From Cirrosporium novae-zelandiae (lineage: Eukaryota), in assembly GCA_026023565.1 (NCBI GenBank), contig JAPETS010000006.1:868001-932000 (forward strand): a stretch of 64,000 nt of DNA. Direction: 5' to 3'. The notes under the pieces are model-generated. The model was given only the letters and a program-made list of their open reading frames with translations. It was not told the origin of the DNA and did no database searches. Positions 10,154 to 22,527 of this stretch are shown here, in pieces (the first letter of the stretch is position 1; the number at the start of each line of letters is the position of its first letter). The position numbers and the translations under genes are program-made.

Positions 10154-11358
10154 TTTGATTTTCTACCAGATGTCGAATCTGGGATGGATAGTGTGGGTGA
10201 GGGGGTGTTGAAACAAACTTCAAATCGCTATATGCTTTCAAAGCCGTCCGGGGCAGAATCGACAGGAGGGATAATAATGTACGTTGCTTTTCGAAATAGT
10301 GCTATCGAGCCAGCTGGTGACTGAAATCAATGAATGTGGGATGAGCAAAAAAACTCAATAGCAACAAAGAATGAATGACAATAGCGACAATACACAGCAA
10401 TAACGTAGTAAACGACGGTAGTGAGAAGAGTAAAAGAAAATGCCAGAAACAAGTCGGGAGATGGGATTAAATGTAATGAACAGACAGGGAAATGAGCAGG
10501 ATGTGGGATGATTCTTCGAGGGTCAAGATTGGTTCAAGCTGGTCAGGGCTTTCCACCAAGTTGACCAAGGTTGATAATGATTGGCGACTGGAGCCACGGG
10601 GATGTTGGTCCTAACCACGCTCCACCAGGTGGTATGGCCTGCATGGAACGGCCATGGAAGGCCACAATTAGACTGAGGCTTCATTTGATTTAATTACCTT
10701 AGGGCAGAAGATAACGACTGAATATCCACGGGATTGGCATAGTCAACCTTTTGTGTCCCGGACCACCATACCAATTAGGTCGTTGAAAAGAGTTTAGCAT
10801 GTTTCATCACCATCCTGCAATAGCTACCGCAGACGACAGGGGGGGAAAGTTGACAAAGGTTGCCCATTGCTGGTCTTTGCATGACGCGGCTGAGCGAATG
10901 AGTGCGCACATGGATATGATTGGACTTAGTGTCAGGGGAGTTCGGCAGGCTGATGAACAGGTCGTTGTGAGTCGTCAACCAGTATAGATCGCCTTGACGC
11001 AACGGTGTAAAAGTGTGATAAATGGTCTTGAGCTTGTTCAGCCACTCCACCCACTGCAGGGCGCTACTGTCAGGGACCAAGCGGCTTGGAAGGGAAATCA
11101 CCAGAGATGATGGAAAACTATAGGAAACTATAGGAAACCAGAGGAAATCCTTAGTTGGGAATCAGAAAATCATTGAAGAACAGATGAACATGGAGAGTGA
11201 CTCGAGTAGTAGGTAGTTAGTGGTAGTTAGTTAGTTAGTTAGAGTCCAGGATGGATTTTCGATTTCCAGTAGTTTCTTGTGGGGTTGCCTTTCTTTTCAG
11301 GCCACCAAGTACTCGGCAACGGGTAGGAGCATCAACCTTATTTGGCTTACTTGCCCTG

Positions 11359-11463
11359 TTTGGCTTGTTTGGCTCCTTTGGCTTGTTTGGCTCCTTTGGC
11401 TCCTTTGGCTCCTTTGGTTCCTTTGCTTAGGTTCCTTTGCTTAGGTTCCTTTGCTTAGGTTCC
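11359..11463. repeat. Compound minisatellite: TTTGGCTCC / TTTGGCTTG 9-mers followed by TTTGCTTAGGTTCC x3
   Basis: Tandem units directly visible upstream of the GH128 gene. Confidence 0.85.
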
Positions 11464-12619
11464 TTTTGCTTCGCTTCCTTTCGTTTTGATTTGATTCTTG
11501 AATCAGGGGGAAACACCATGCACATCCACCAACCATCAACCACAACCACCCAACAACAACCAACCCTTTTCGTATTTTTTTTATATAACTCATTCTTGGC
11601 ATCCTCTCCTGCAATTTACTCGAGTAATCGCCAACCCGTTTTTAGCATCACCGTATGTTCTCAAAATACCAACGGTGAACAGATCAAATATTATCAATTA
11701 AAATTAACATGGACGAGCTGGAGCTGAATATCAAATGGTTCCCAAAGGAGGATAACTGCTCAACCGTTTGACAGCGGAGAGGCTGACCCAGGCTTTGAGA
11801 GACTTTGCGCTGAGTCTTTGGGTGAAATGATTATGCTTGGCAAGCCTTGGCAACAACACCACATCCACCATATCCACCACATCCACCACAATCCACCACA
11901 CCACGCCGTTCCCCACCCTCAGGTGGCTAAGTGGCTGAGACCCTTACTCTCACATTTCCACCTAATTAGCGCTCCTTCATCACCCTTCCATGTTTCTTCC
12001 ATACCAAATCCCAACAATTACCTGAAATCTCCCATTCTGTCCAGCTCCACATCATCGTCTCCACAGCTCCACGAATTTCCCAAGATATCGAATCTCACTT
12101 TCAATATCCAATCTCAACTACTATCATCAAGCTAAACTCCTGTAGGTTGTAGTACAGAACACGAAGAGAGACCACTACCTCTAATGCTGGTAGTAAGTAA
12201 CTAGCTACAGCATAATGTGTTCCGATCATTTTTTACCAACGTATGCATCCTGTTTGTTGCTCTTTGAACCTCGGTATTTAGTCTTATACACTGAAATACC
12301 TGCAAGATATTTACCGATCAGCATTGAGGACATGGGCAGAGTAAACCGGATTTCGATTTCGGTCCATGTCGATTTCCAGCTAGAACTGGCCTTTCCAAAT
12401 CGAAAGGCCAAGAGGCTTTCGGGAAAAATAGGCGACAAAAATGAATATTCATAACCTGAGGTTGTAGGTTAACTACCCTGTCCCGATTTTAGGTTAATAA
12501 GTAAGGTAAGACAGCATATAGAGGTCGTGACCGCCTCGTTATGTTAAGACGCTTCGCAGGACTTTCAACATATCAGAAAAATATCATATACCGACCAAGC
12601 GCAGCAGTACCATGAACCG

Positions 12620-13500
12620 TTATTCTATGAGCCTTGTCATCTGCTTGATAATAAGCTCCGAGGTAGTTTTCATGTCCAAGATCTCAACCTCTCTACTATA
12701 GCTCAGTTGGCAGTAGGGAAAGATGATGGATTTACTCTTCCATTCGTGGCATGGACGCTGTTGAAATTATTGCTTCGGGCCTGCACCTGTTCATGGATTT
12801 GCCTTGACTGGCATTGTCTTGATTATAAGATCGACAGCCAGGTTATCGAATGTCCCTATAGACGGGTGGATTTCGGCGACCGACAAGAGCATTACATTTT
12901 GTAGAGATTCCTAGTCTTCGCCATCCTAAAATATATTCCAAAAAGAGTCGGCAAGAACTCACTGAGTAAGAACTGCGACCTTCTTTTCAATATCATCAGA
13001 GATATATATTGTTTTAAAGAAGGTATTAGCTATCCCTTAAATCCGAAACTGGACATTCCTCTCGTCGCACGGTCTTATAAATCCCTAGTCCAAAATCAGC
13101 TCAACATATCGTATCTCTAATGAATCACAAGTGCCAGGTAGTTTCCTTCTCACGACCCTCCCAACTATGCTTAAAATACCACCTAATCCAGCTGAGTGGA
13201 ATACCACTGCACTACACCAACTGAGAGGGCTGTCGACCAACCCGATCATCGACTAGAGATTCTTGAAAACTGTGGAAAGCTCCTTTATTCCCCACACGGA
13301 GCGATCCATCTGGAGAAAGCAATCTCCGATCGTCTTTGATGCTAGCTATGCCAGAACACGCGTATTCGGGATAGCTTCTACGCAGCTTAAAACGAAGATG
13401 CCCTTCATCTATAATTTGAAAGAGGAGTGCTAAACGTGGGTAAGAAAGGAAGTAGTTCTTACCAAAAAAAAACATTAGAGCGAGACATTCCACGTCTAGA
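12620..13500 (-). pseudogene. Degenerate coding relic of unknown family
   Basis: One minus frame reads FKTIYISDDIEKKVAVLTQ*VLADSFWNIF*DGED*ESLQNVMLLSVAEIHPSIG..., with stops reachable from CGA/CAG/TGG/CAA by single transitions. Adjacent to an AT-rich tract at 13860-14450. Confidence 0.3.
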
Positions 13501-14453
13501 GGCTAAGTGGCTGTTAGCTCAGGTCAAAGGCCTTGGCCTCGTTCAATGTTCTTCTTGGTAGACTTCACTTTGTTCGGAGCTCACATTACTGGAATTCGAA
13601 GCTTTTCCTATACTCGTGGTAGGGGGTAATTTGAGATGAGCTATTGTAGGGTTACTAGGTTCAGTAAGACGTGCAAAAAAATAGATGGAAGAGTTGCATC
13701 TCAATATGAGAACATAGGGAGGAGTCGTTGAAAAGGTATTATGGGGATGAAGAGATGAAAAGATAAAAGTGAAAAGATAAAAAGGTGAAGAGATGAAGAG
13801 GTGGAAAGGCGTAGAGTAGATAGGAATTGGAGTCATGCTTATAACATAACAAAATATATTTCTCAACTATTTCCCAACTCTGTAAATAACACTTGAGATG
13901 CGTCTCACTGCTGTAAGGTTGTCTCGTTCATCCATTTAATAATAAATATAATACATCTCAAATTAAAGTAATATATATTCTCGTCTTAATTTACTAGGTA
14001 TTGTTTTTATAAAGATATTTGGGTTTTAGTTGATCTTGTTGAATATATAATATATAGTAGTCATTAACTTTGATTGATTCTCTATTAAGGTGCATGAGTC
14101 GAAGACCATGGCACAACGATCTAGCTAACTAACTATTTGATTTTTCTATAAAAAATCAAATAACTTTCCCATTTCTTGGTTGATTTTAACTCAATTCGTA
14201 CTGGAGGTTCATTACCTCAACATAGTCATTAACATTTCCTTGCCTTTTTATAGGTGGCTTACTTTGTTTTTTTTATATGTAGTATGCACAGTGGTATTAT
14301 ACTTTAATATGGACAAATATGGTGAAATACAAGTAAATCTTTTTGCCTCGCTTTCTTATAGAATAGGATTTTTATACCATGTTCATCAATATCCAGATAG
14401 TAATTAATCATTATCATCTCTACATCTACTAGCTAGCAAGCAAATATACATCA

Positions 14454-17107
14454 TCAACCATTCCCCCCAGAACCATTTCCCTGCTGGGCGCTGAGGTCCC
14501 ATGACAGCCAATCGAAGCCATAATCCCAGGGTCGATCCCATAATTGACCATCGGGAACTTGATTCGTGTTAGTCATCGACTGCTGTGGAATATCGAAGGT
14601 CTCGCTCATTATCGTATCGGTCTGTACACTTGGTTGAAATATCGGCCACGTGAAGAAATCCAGTAGGGAAGTGTCAGTTACTATATCACCGAAATCAAAG
14701 GTAAGACTGTCCCGAAGAGAGGTTATCGCATGCCCCGATAATTCATTCTGGGATCTTGATGGAGAGCAACACTGATTCGAGGCCTCAGTTGAACGCAACA
14801 CTTGTTTCTCAGCCAACCGAGCGAAGCTAGAAGCCACCTGCTCCAGCTTCACAGCATCTGGATAGTTATCCCGCATATCGACAAAGTATCTCACGGCATC
14901 TTGTAAGAGGCCCAGATCCTGTGCTGTATCCGGCAAGTGGGGATTTGAGACGATTTTCCCGAATAGTACGAAGAATGGAGTAAAGGGGTAATACAAAAGT
15001 TGCCAAACCAGTCCGTTGTAGACCTGTTCCGTGGTGGAGACTAATTTACTTAATAGCTTGATGGCTTCGCGGGCGGAATCGAGGCTATGAGCTTTTTGTT
15101 GGGAGGGACCGGTGCGGTAGAGGACTACTTTGAGGTGGTGATATTGAAATTTCAAGACGTTGAGGCCGAGAGTGATTTCACTGTTTTCGGGGATGTTGGA
15201 GACGTTCATTTGGGTGATAGAAAACTGAAGGAGATGAGTGGTCTCGGTGAACCAGGCTTCGAGGGCTCCTAGGCAAGAAAACCATTCGGCCTCGATCTCT
15301 GGTGTGAGATCTGTATGCTTGGGGTGATTAAGGACTACGGCAGAAATCTTACATGTTATTCTTGAAAGGGTGAAAAACTGAGCTGTAAAGACGGCGCCGA
15401 AAGAATTGGCATCGCCATCTTGCTTTGGGTTGTGGGGACTGAAGCCTTGGAAGTCTGCAGCAGTAGGAAAAGGTAGGTGCTCGTAAGTCGAGGGAGGGAG
15501 ATAGGCGGGTCGCCCAAACGCGAACGAGAGTGAAGAGTCAATGGTAATCAGTCCCCATAAGAGACACATCCTACTCTTGAAGGTTTCGGGTCTCCTTCCA
15601 CTTGGAATATGCAGACTGATAGCCTGTGCCATTCGACAAGCATGCCCAACCAATGTCCAACAAAGCATTGGCGTGGAGAATTCTCTCCCATGTACAGCAA
15701 GTAGAATTAAAGCCTGAATTCTGATTTCATTCGGTTCAATAAAGAATGCGGCATCATCGAGAGCGAGCAACATGTTCAACCTCAATCCCGCAAGTAGGTT
15801 TTGATCCGGAGGTGACTGTGACGAGGCGTGCGATGATATGATGCAATTGAACATGGCCACCCAACCTCGCTCTGCAACTGTCCATGGTTCGAAGACAATG
15901 TTCGGGAGGATTTCATCGGGGGGTGAGCTCATGAAAGGGGACCCGATGTTTATCTTCTCCGTAAAAACTAAAAAGAGATTAACTACCTAGGTATTTAGGC
16001 TCGGAGAAAATTGCATACGAGATACTTTCGACGGGTAGAAATGAAAGCGATCAGACCCCAAAAAACGAATCTAGAAAAGTGACCTTGAGGGGGCCTTCAA
16101 AATGAATTGTTGTTGAAAGCTGAATTTTTTTAAAGGCTTCTCTATGATCACATTTCTAGTTTCATCTTTGGGCCTGGTCGCTTTCATTTCTACCCGTCAA
16201 AAGTAGTCTATACAGTCAATGCCGTCTATTCTTTGGGGATTGATACACGCGGCTGTAGCTTGAGGGAAAGATAAGGACGAATATCCAAAGCCGTACTTAC
16301 TCTTTATAAAATTCACCCCATCGATCGGTTTTGGAACGAAATATAGTTCTGCTTCCCGCTTCTTCTTGATATCCCGAAGAGCCCGCGTGATTTTATTCTC
16401 GCTGTAACCAGCGGACGAAAATGTCAACGATAAGCTAGAAAGCTCTGCGGCAGCATTGCTATGAGAAACATCATGAATTGAGGCTAAGAGAGAACCAATA
16501 TCATTAGAGGTTTGGGTAAGGAAGCTCGGCGAAGGTATGCATTCAGGATGATATGCAGACTGGTCATCTTCCCTTGTCAAGTCCCGGCGTTCATTTTCTT
16601 GCGCTTGACTATTGGTGAGGGGGCGTGGACGACTCCATTTCAACAATTCACCTAGTTCATGAACAGCCGAGGTCAAGGAATCAAGAGACGATTCAATTCT
16701 TGCCAGACGGGTCTCTGTAGATTGTTGAGGTATGTCAAGTTCGGATTTTGATGGCTGCGGAGCCGAAGATGCTGTTCGACGTGATAGAGGTGCTTGCTTG
16801 GAATAAACACACGGTCCTGGCCATGCTTTGCAATTGTTGCATTTGGGAATCTCGCGAGAACAGCGAAGCTACAGCCAATAAGTAAGTTAATCGTAGCCCA
16901 AAGATTACAGAGCCAATACTTTCGAAAGCAGGAAATACAAAGATAGCTCTAAATTATTAACGTTTATAACAACATACCTTCTTATTGCGACAATCATTGC
17001 ACTTTATTCAGACCCAGCCGAGCGCACAATGTCAGTGTTTCCTCATTGTCAACAACATATTTGCTAGTGATACTTACAGCGTATTTCATTCGATTTGATC
17101 CTTCCAT
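14454..17107 (-). CDS. Zn(II)2Cys6 transcription factor with fungal-specific TF (MHR) domain (4 exons)
   Basis: Exons 17107-17078, 17001-16978, 16868-16301, 15967-14454 give MEGSNRMKYA-CNDCRNKK-LRCSREIPKCNNCKAWPGPC (six-Cys cluster). Later IQALILLA, ACRMAQAISLH, DSSLSFAFGRP and WQLLYYPFTPFFVLF. Confidence 0.85.
16025..16203. mobile_element. Tc1/mariner-type MITE (179 bp) inside intron 3 of the Zn2Cys6 gene
   Basis: ~33-bp terminal inverted repeats (CTTTCGACGGGTAGAAATGAAAGCGATCAGACC vs GGCCTGGTCGCTTTCATTTCTACCCGTCAAAAG, 3 mismatches), with TA on both sides (16023-16024, 16204-16205). Confidence 0.75.
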
Positions 17108-17386
17108 TCTCAAGGAAATTCATTTGATGATTCGGAGGCTGACAGAGATTGCTGCAAAATATACATTTTAGCTGGATCCGAGACGCGGCTTCTGATTGGT
17201 GCACGTCGGACTTCTGCCTTTTCCTCTGTTCACGCTTCTCTATCATGGCACTCCCTGAGCTCCTTGATCATAGATATAAAAAAGCAGATGGAAGCAGTCA
17301 TGGATATCACTCTGTTTGCTCCAATACAATTTTTATTTCTGTCAAACATTTATCAATCTTTCGATCCTCCGTGATTTTTGTGAACT
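17108..17386. promoter_or_regulatory. Bidirectional promoter between the TF and the ABC transporter; everted CCG-N5-CGG at 17178-17188
   Basis: Head-to-head genes ~280 bp apart. CGG triplets are the canonical Zn2Cys6 half-sites; actual binding is inference. Confidence 0.45.
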
Positions 17387-20300
17387 ATGGAGTTAGCCAC
17401 TCTTTCTGATAATGACTACCAAAAAATAAATGATCAAGTTAAGCCGTCCTTGAATCCCGGTTTAAAGACCTCGAGTGGTTTATCAACCTTCAAGGTTAGT
17501 CACTCCCGATAACTCTTATAACTTTGGATATAACAATATCTAGAGAATCTACCTACTTGCTTCCTCGAAGGACAGATTTCTATACCTGGGTGGTATAATC
17601 TGCTCCATTGGATCTGGGACTATCTTACCCCTAATGACTCTTATCTTTGGGAATTTTGTTAGTACCTTCACAGACTTTGCCACTGGCAAAATCGAGAGCA
17701 GCAAGTTCCGGGCTCATGTTAATCACTATACGTAAGTATCATCAATCCCTACTTAGGTAGCTGTTTCTGATATGGCTAGACTCTATTTTGTATACCTCTT
17801 TCTTGCCAAAGTCGTATTTAGCTATGTGTCAATGGTTGTTTTTTCCATTGTATCGACTCGGGTAACTGCTACAATCCGCCGACTCTATTTCAGTTCAGTA
17901 CTCAATCAAGATATTGCTTCTCATGATATGACCACATCTTCTGGCGCCGTCTCTCTCGGCCTCTCTGCTCACTGTAGTACGATACAGTCTGGCCTTGCTG
18001 ACAAGTTCGGCCTATCTCTCCAAAGTATTTCCACGGTTGTTGCAGCATTTATAGTCGCTTTCACATCTCAGTGGAAGTTAACACTTGTGACTGCAACTAT
18101 TATACCAGCGACAGTCATAATTATTGGAGCAACTGCGGTGTTTGATTCGAAGCTCGAAGAATCTATCAACTTAACCGATGGAGATGCTTCTGCTGTGGCC
18201 GAAGAGATGCTTGGGTCTATCCGGACAGTCTGGGCTTTGAGAGCCGTTCCAAGGCTACTTGCCAAGTATCAAAGCTATCTGGAACGAACAACAAGGATAG
18301 GATGGAAAAGAGCGCCAATACTTGGTGCTCAAACTGCCACCTACATGTTCATGATATATGCAGCATATGCCTTAGCTTTCTGGTATGGGATCCATCTATT
18401 TTCCCAGGGAGAAGCAAACAATTCAGGAACTATTATAACGACGCTTTTTTCGATAATTATCGGTACAAACTCTTTCTCTCAACTGGCTGGGTATTTGGGT
18501 CCATTTTTCAGAATAACGACAGCGGCAACACAACTTTTTCGGATCATTGATGATCAACCTCGAGTCGTTTCACGTCCACTCAGCCCGGAATTAGAGCATG
18601 TAAACATGAAAGAATCGATTCAATTTGATAGCGTGACCTTCGCCTATCCTCTACGACCCACCCACAAGACGCTGGATGCTTTTTCGTTAACTATACCATC
18701 CGGTCTCATGACAGCTCTGGTCGGACCTAGTGGATCAGGAAAAAGTACAGTGGTGGCACTTCTTGAGAGATGGTATGATACCAACAAGGGATGTCTTCAG
18801 ATCGGAGGAATAGATGTTAAGGATATTCCTTTGAAAACCCTCCGAGAGTCCATTGGACTCGTACAACAGGTAAATAAAACCTCATTCCAATTGCATGTTG
18901 ATGATACTAACCAGAAATCTAGGAGCCATATCTGTTCAATGCTTCTATTTTAGAGAATGTCTTGTTTGGATTGTCAGAAAACCTAAGCGCGTCTCTTTCT
19001 GAAGATACCAAAAGGGATATGGTCATTCATGCCTGCAACCTTGCCAATGCAAATGAATTTATCGAACAACTTCCACAAACCTACGATACTTTGATCCGGG
19101 GGACGTCCTTGTCTGGAGGACAAAAACAACGCATTGCGATCGCCCGTGCAATTATTGGGAATCCACCTATTCTTATTCTTGACGAGGCAACATCTGCTTT
19201 AGACCCTGTATCCGAGCGATTGATCCAGCAGGCTTTGGATCGAGCAAGTCAAGGACGTACAACTATTGCTATTGCTCATCGTTTGAGCACCATTCGCAAT
19301 TCCGATAGAATTGTGGTTTTGGATAAAGGCATCATTCTCGAGGAAGGTACACATGATGAACTTTGCATGAAAAGCGATGGGCTGTACAAGAGGCTCTTAG
19401 ATGCCCAAGAATTACTTCAAGATCGGAATCGACCATCCCAACAAGGCGTCGCTGTAAATTCTCCAATCGAAGGCCATGGCAGTCTAAACCAGCTTGAGAA
19501 ATATGAATCTTTTCATGCAGCGCCACAGGACATTGAGAATCAGAGTTTCAGAAAGCCGCAGACAACATTGAGCGTTATTCTGAGGATTGCTTATGAGCAG
19601 AGCAACCATTGGATATTGTATATTGTAATATTTGCATGCTGCATTGTCGGAGGTGCTTTGTTTCCCATCCAAGCCCTATTATATGCTAACGTTGTTTCTA
19701 CTTTTCAACTCACTGGACATGCCCTAATATCCAAAGGTGACTTTTGGGCACTCATGTTCTTTGTATTGGCCATAGTTGTTGGAATAGCCTACCTAGGGAT
19801 CTCTGCGATCAGCACAGGACTCGGACAAGGTGTGGCACAGCAATATCGGGTTACCTACCTTACCAACATGTTACACCAGCCTACTGCCTTCTTCGATAAC
19901 CCAGATAATTTGGCGGGGAAATTGTCGTCTCGCCTCATCACAGAATCTAGGTCTATGAAGTCTTCATTAGAATCCCTTGGTGTTGTGGTCTGTGTTGGGG
20001 TATCTCTGTTTAGCACAGTGATTCTTTCCCTAGTCATCGGGTGGAAGCTTGCACTTGTTGCGATATTTGGTGCTCTACCATTCATATTTGGTGCTGGGTT
20101 GATCCATGAAAAGATGGAGAATAGTTTCGAGGAGGTTGCCAATAAGACATTTGCAGATAGCGTCGGACTTGCAAATGAATGTGTGCAGGCTATTCGAACA
20201 GTCAAGGCAATGGTCATGGAACCTGTATTTCAAGAAAAATTTGCAGAAGTGCTGCGTGCTCATTGCCAGCAAGCTACTAAGCACAGTATCCGGAATATGG

Positions 20301-21489
20301 TCTGGTTTGCTCTAAGCGATTCTATCGACCTGCTCTGCATGGGGCTTACATTCTGGTATGGAGGACGATTGCTCTCGTTCCATGAATACACCACCACCGA
20401 ATTTTTCATCGTTTTTGTTGCGATTGTCCTAGGAGCTGAATCGATGGGTCAATTTTTTGCTCATTCATCTGGTAATATTACCTCCCATTTTAAAGATGTA
20501 TTCCTAACAACTTAAAAGACATTTCTCAAGGAGTAGCTGCTGCAAGATCGATCTATGCTTTGGAAGAGCCTACCCTAAGGAGCTTAAAAAGCATAGAGTC
20601 ATCAACATATAACGAAACTCAATCTGGTGATCTTCCTGTGATTCAGTTTAAAAATGTAGGGTTTGCATATCCTCTCATGTCGAATCATCGCGTCCTTCAA
20701 AATTTTAACCTCACAGTTCCACGCGGCCAGTTTATTGCACTGGTAGGGCCATCTGGATGCGGCAAATCCACCACTATTGGGCTCCTCGAGCAGTTCTATG
20801 GTGTAACCGAGGGGCAGATTCTGATCAATGGCATTGATATTAATTCTCTCGATACCTCTGAGGTTCGAAGACATATAGCTCTTGTATCCCAGGAACCAGT
20901 TCTTTTTCAAGGCACTATAAAATCAAATATTCTCCTCGGTTGCGATTCAGAATTATCAAGTGACCGTCTAGACGAAATTACCAAGCAGGCACAGATCCAT
21001 GATATCATCTTATCCCTACCAGACGGCTACGAAACACAGGTAGGTGCACGAGGTTTAGCTCTCTCTGGTGGCCAGAAACAACGCGTCTGCATTTCTAGGG
21101 CTATTGCTCAAGATGCCGATATCTTGTTGCTAGATGAAGCGACAAGTGCATTGGATTCTGAGAGCGAGCGGCTGGTACAAGCCGCCTTGTTAGAGAGTAG
21201 CAAGGGAAGGACTGTTATTGCTGTTGCGCATGTAAGCTCGTCAATATAGTATTAACTTTTAAAAGAAAATAACTAACGAAAGAATAGCGTCTATCAACTA
21301 TTCAGCATGCTGATATGATTTGCATCTTGCAGAAAGGGGGAATCGTGGAAAGCGGAAAACACGAGGAATTGATATCTAAGCACGGGATATATTATCGAAT
21401 GGTAAGGAAATTGTAATTATGGCTTTTGAGAATTTGCTGACTTGGTTACTGGACAGTGTCAGTTGCAGAATAACACCCAGCTTGACTGA
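17387..21489 (+). CDS. Full-length ABCB / MDR (P-glycoprotein-like) multidrug transporter, multi-exon
   Basis: TMD-NBD-TMD-NBD layout. Walker [10 protein letters not shown] and GPSGCGKST, signature LSGGQKQR twice, LDEATSALD twice, HRLSTI. ATG at 17387 (MELATLSD), stop TGA 21487-21489, short GT-AG introns between the ORF pieces. Confidence 0.92.
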
Positions 21490-22527
21490 CGCAAAGTCAT
21501 GTGGTTCTGTTGAAGATGGCTTATTCATGGTCTTCATGAACTTAGTAGCGGTGTATTAAGGATGGAACATTCAAAGAATTCAATCAGGACCCCACTGGGG
21601 TGAAACAGCAATATTAAAATACTAATTGATTGCGTATATATGCTTTGGCCATGTAGATCAGGTGTTTGTTTAGGATAGGAGGATAGGAGGATAGGAGAAG
21701 GGCCTCTTAAGCACCCTACTAAGCAACAGTGCTACTGTGAGTGTTTGCGTATGCTTAAAATTTTAGGGAATGCTAGGCCAAAAGCATCCCCATCTGAACG
21801 CTGATAACGACGCTTTACATTATATGAAATACATAGTAAGGGATTATAAGAGATGAAGAGAGGGATGTTAGTCATAAAGTAGCATTGAGCCCTAGCCCTG
21901 ATAGCTAGCTCTTTAAGGATAAGACTAGAAAGCGTTTGATTGCCTGCATTTGACTGCCTTGACTCTGATTGCCTCGCAAACACTCGATTCTTTGATCTCA
22001 ACTTGTACCATGCAGTGATTTGCTAAATAATGATACATTATATAACCTCAACGGAGGTTAGAACAAACAACCAAACAAGCTCACAAATGGCCGGTTGTGG
22101 ATTGAAGTCATTGGCAAAACTCCGAATGTGAGACAGGGAATTGTCTCAGGTTCTCCCACTTGCCGAGAACTACACCAACCATCAACGACAGATGCGACAT
22201 GGATACAAACATACCCCTCGAGGGAATCCAGGTCCCTGGTGCACCAACCGTTTCAAGATACTAGACAAATGTAATGAGTTCCTTTCATTCCTTTTTCTTC
22301 ATCTTTCCTTCATGCTACCATTTTCTATTCCTTGAGCGGAATATTAACCATTTCTTTTTGATCTACTACGTACATATCATGCATCATTGATAATAGCAGG
22401 CCTTTATTTTCTACACTCGGCGAGCAGATTCAACTCCATTCCGTTGATTTCACGAACACAAACGGCCCCATGGGCTAATTCGACGATCCTTCCACATTGC
22501 ACCTCGTGGCATAGACTTCAGCCAAGG

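Noticed and set aside
11359..11463. Tandem repeats (also 57243-57352) as a CRISPR-like array
   Set aside because: No unique spacers, no cas genes, eukaryotic context.
17064..17246. 60-aa ORF MIEKREQRKRQK... as the N-terminus of the Zn2Cys6 factor
   Set aside because: Different frame from the MEGSNRMKYA exon, which has an in-frame TGA just upstream; no convincing splice path links them.
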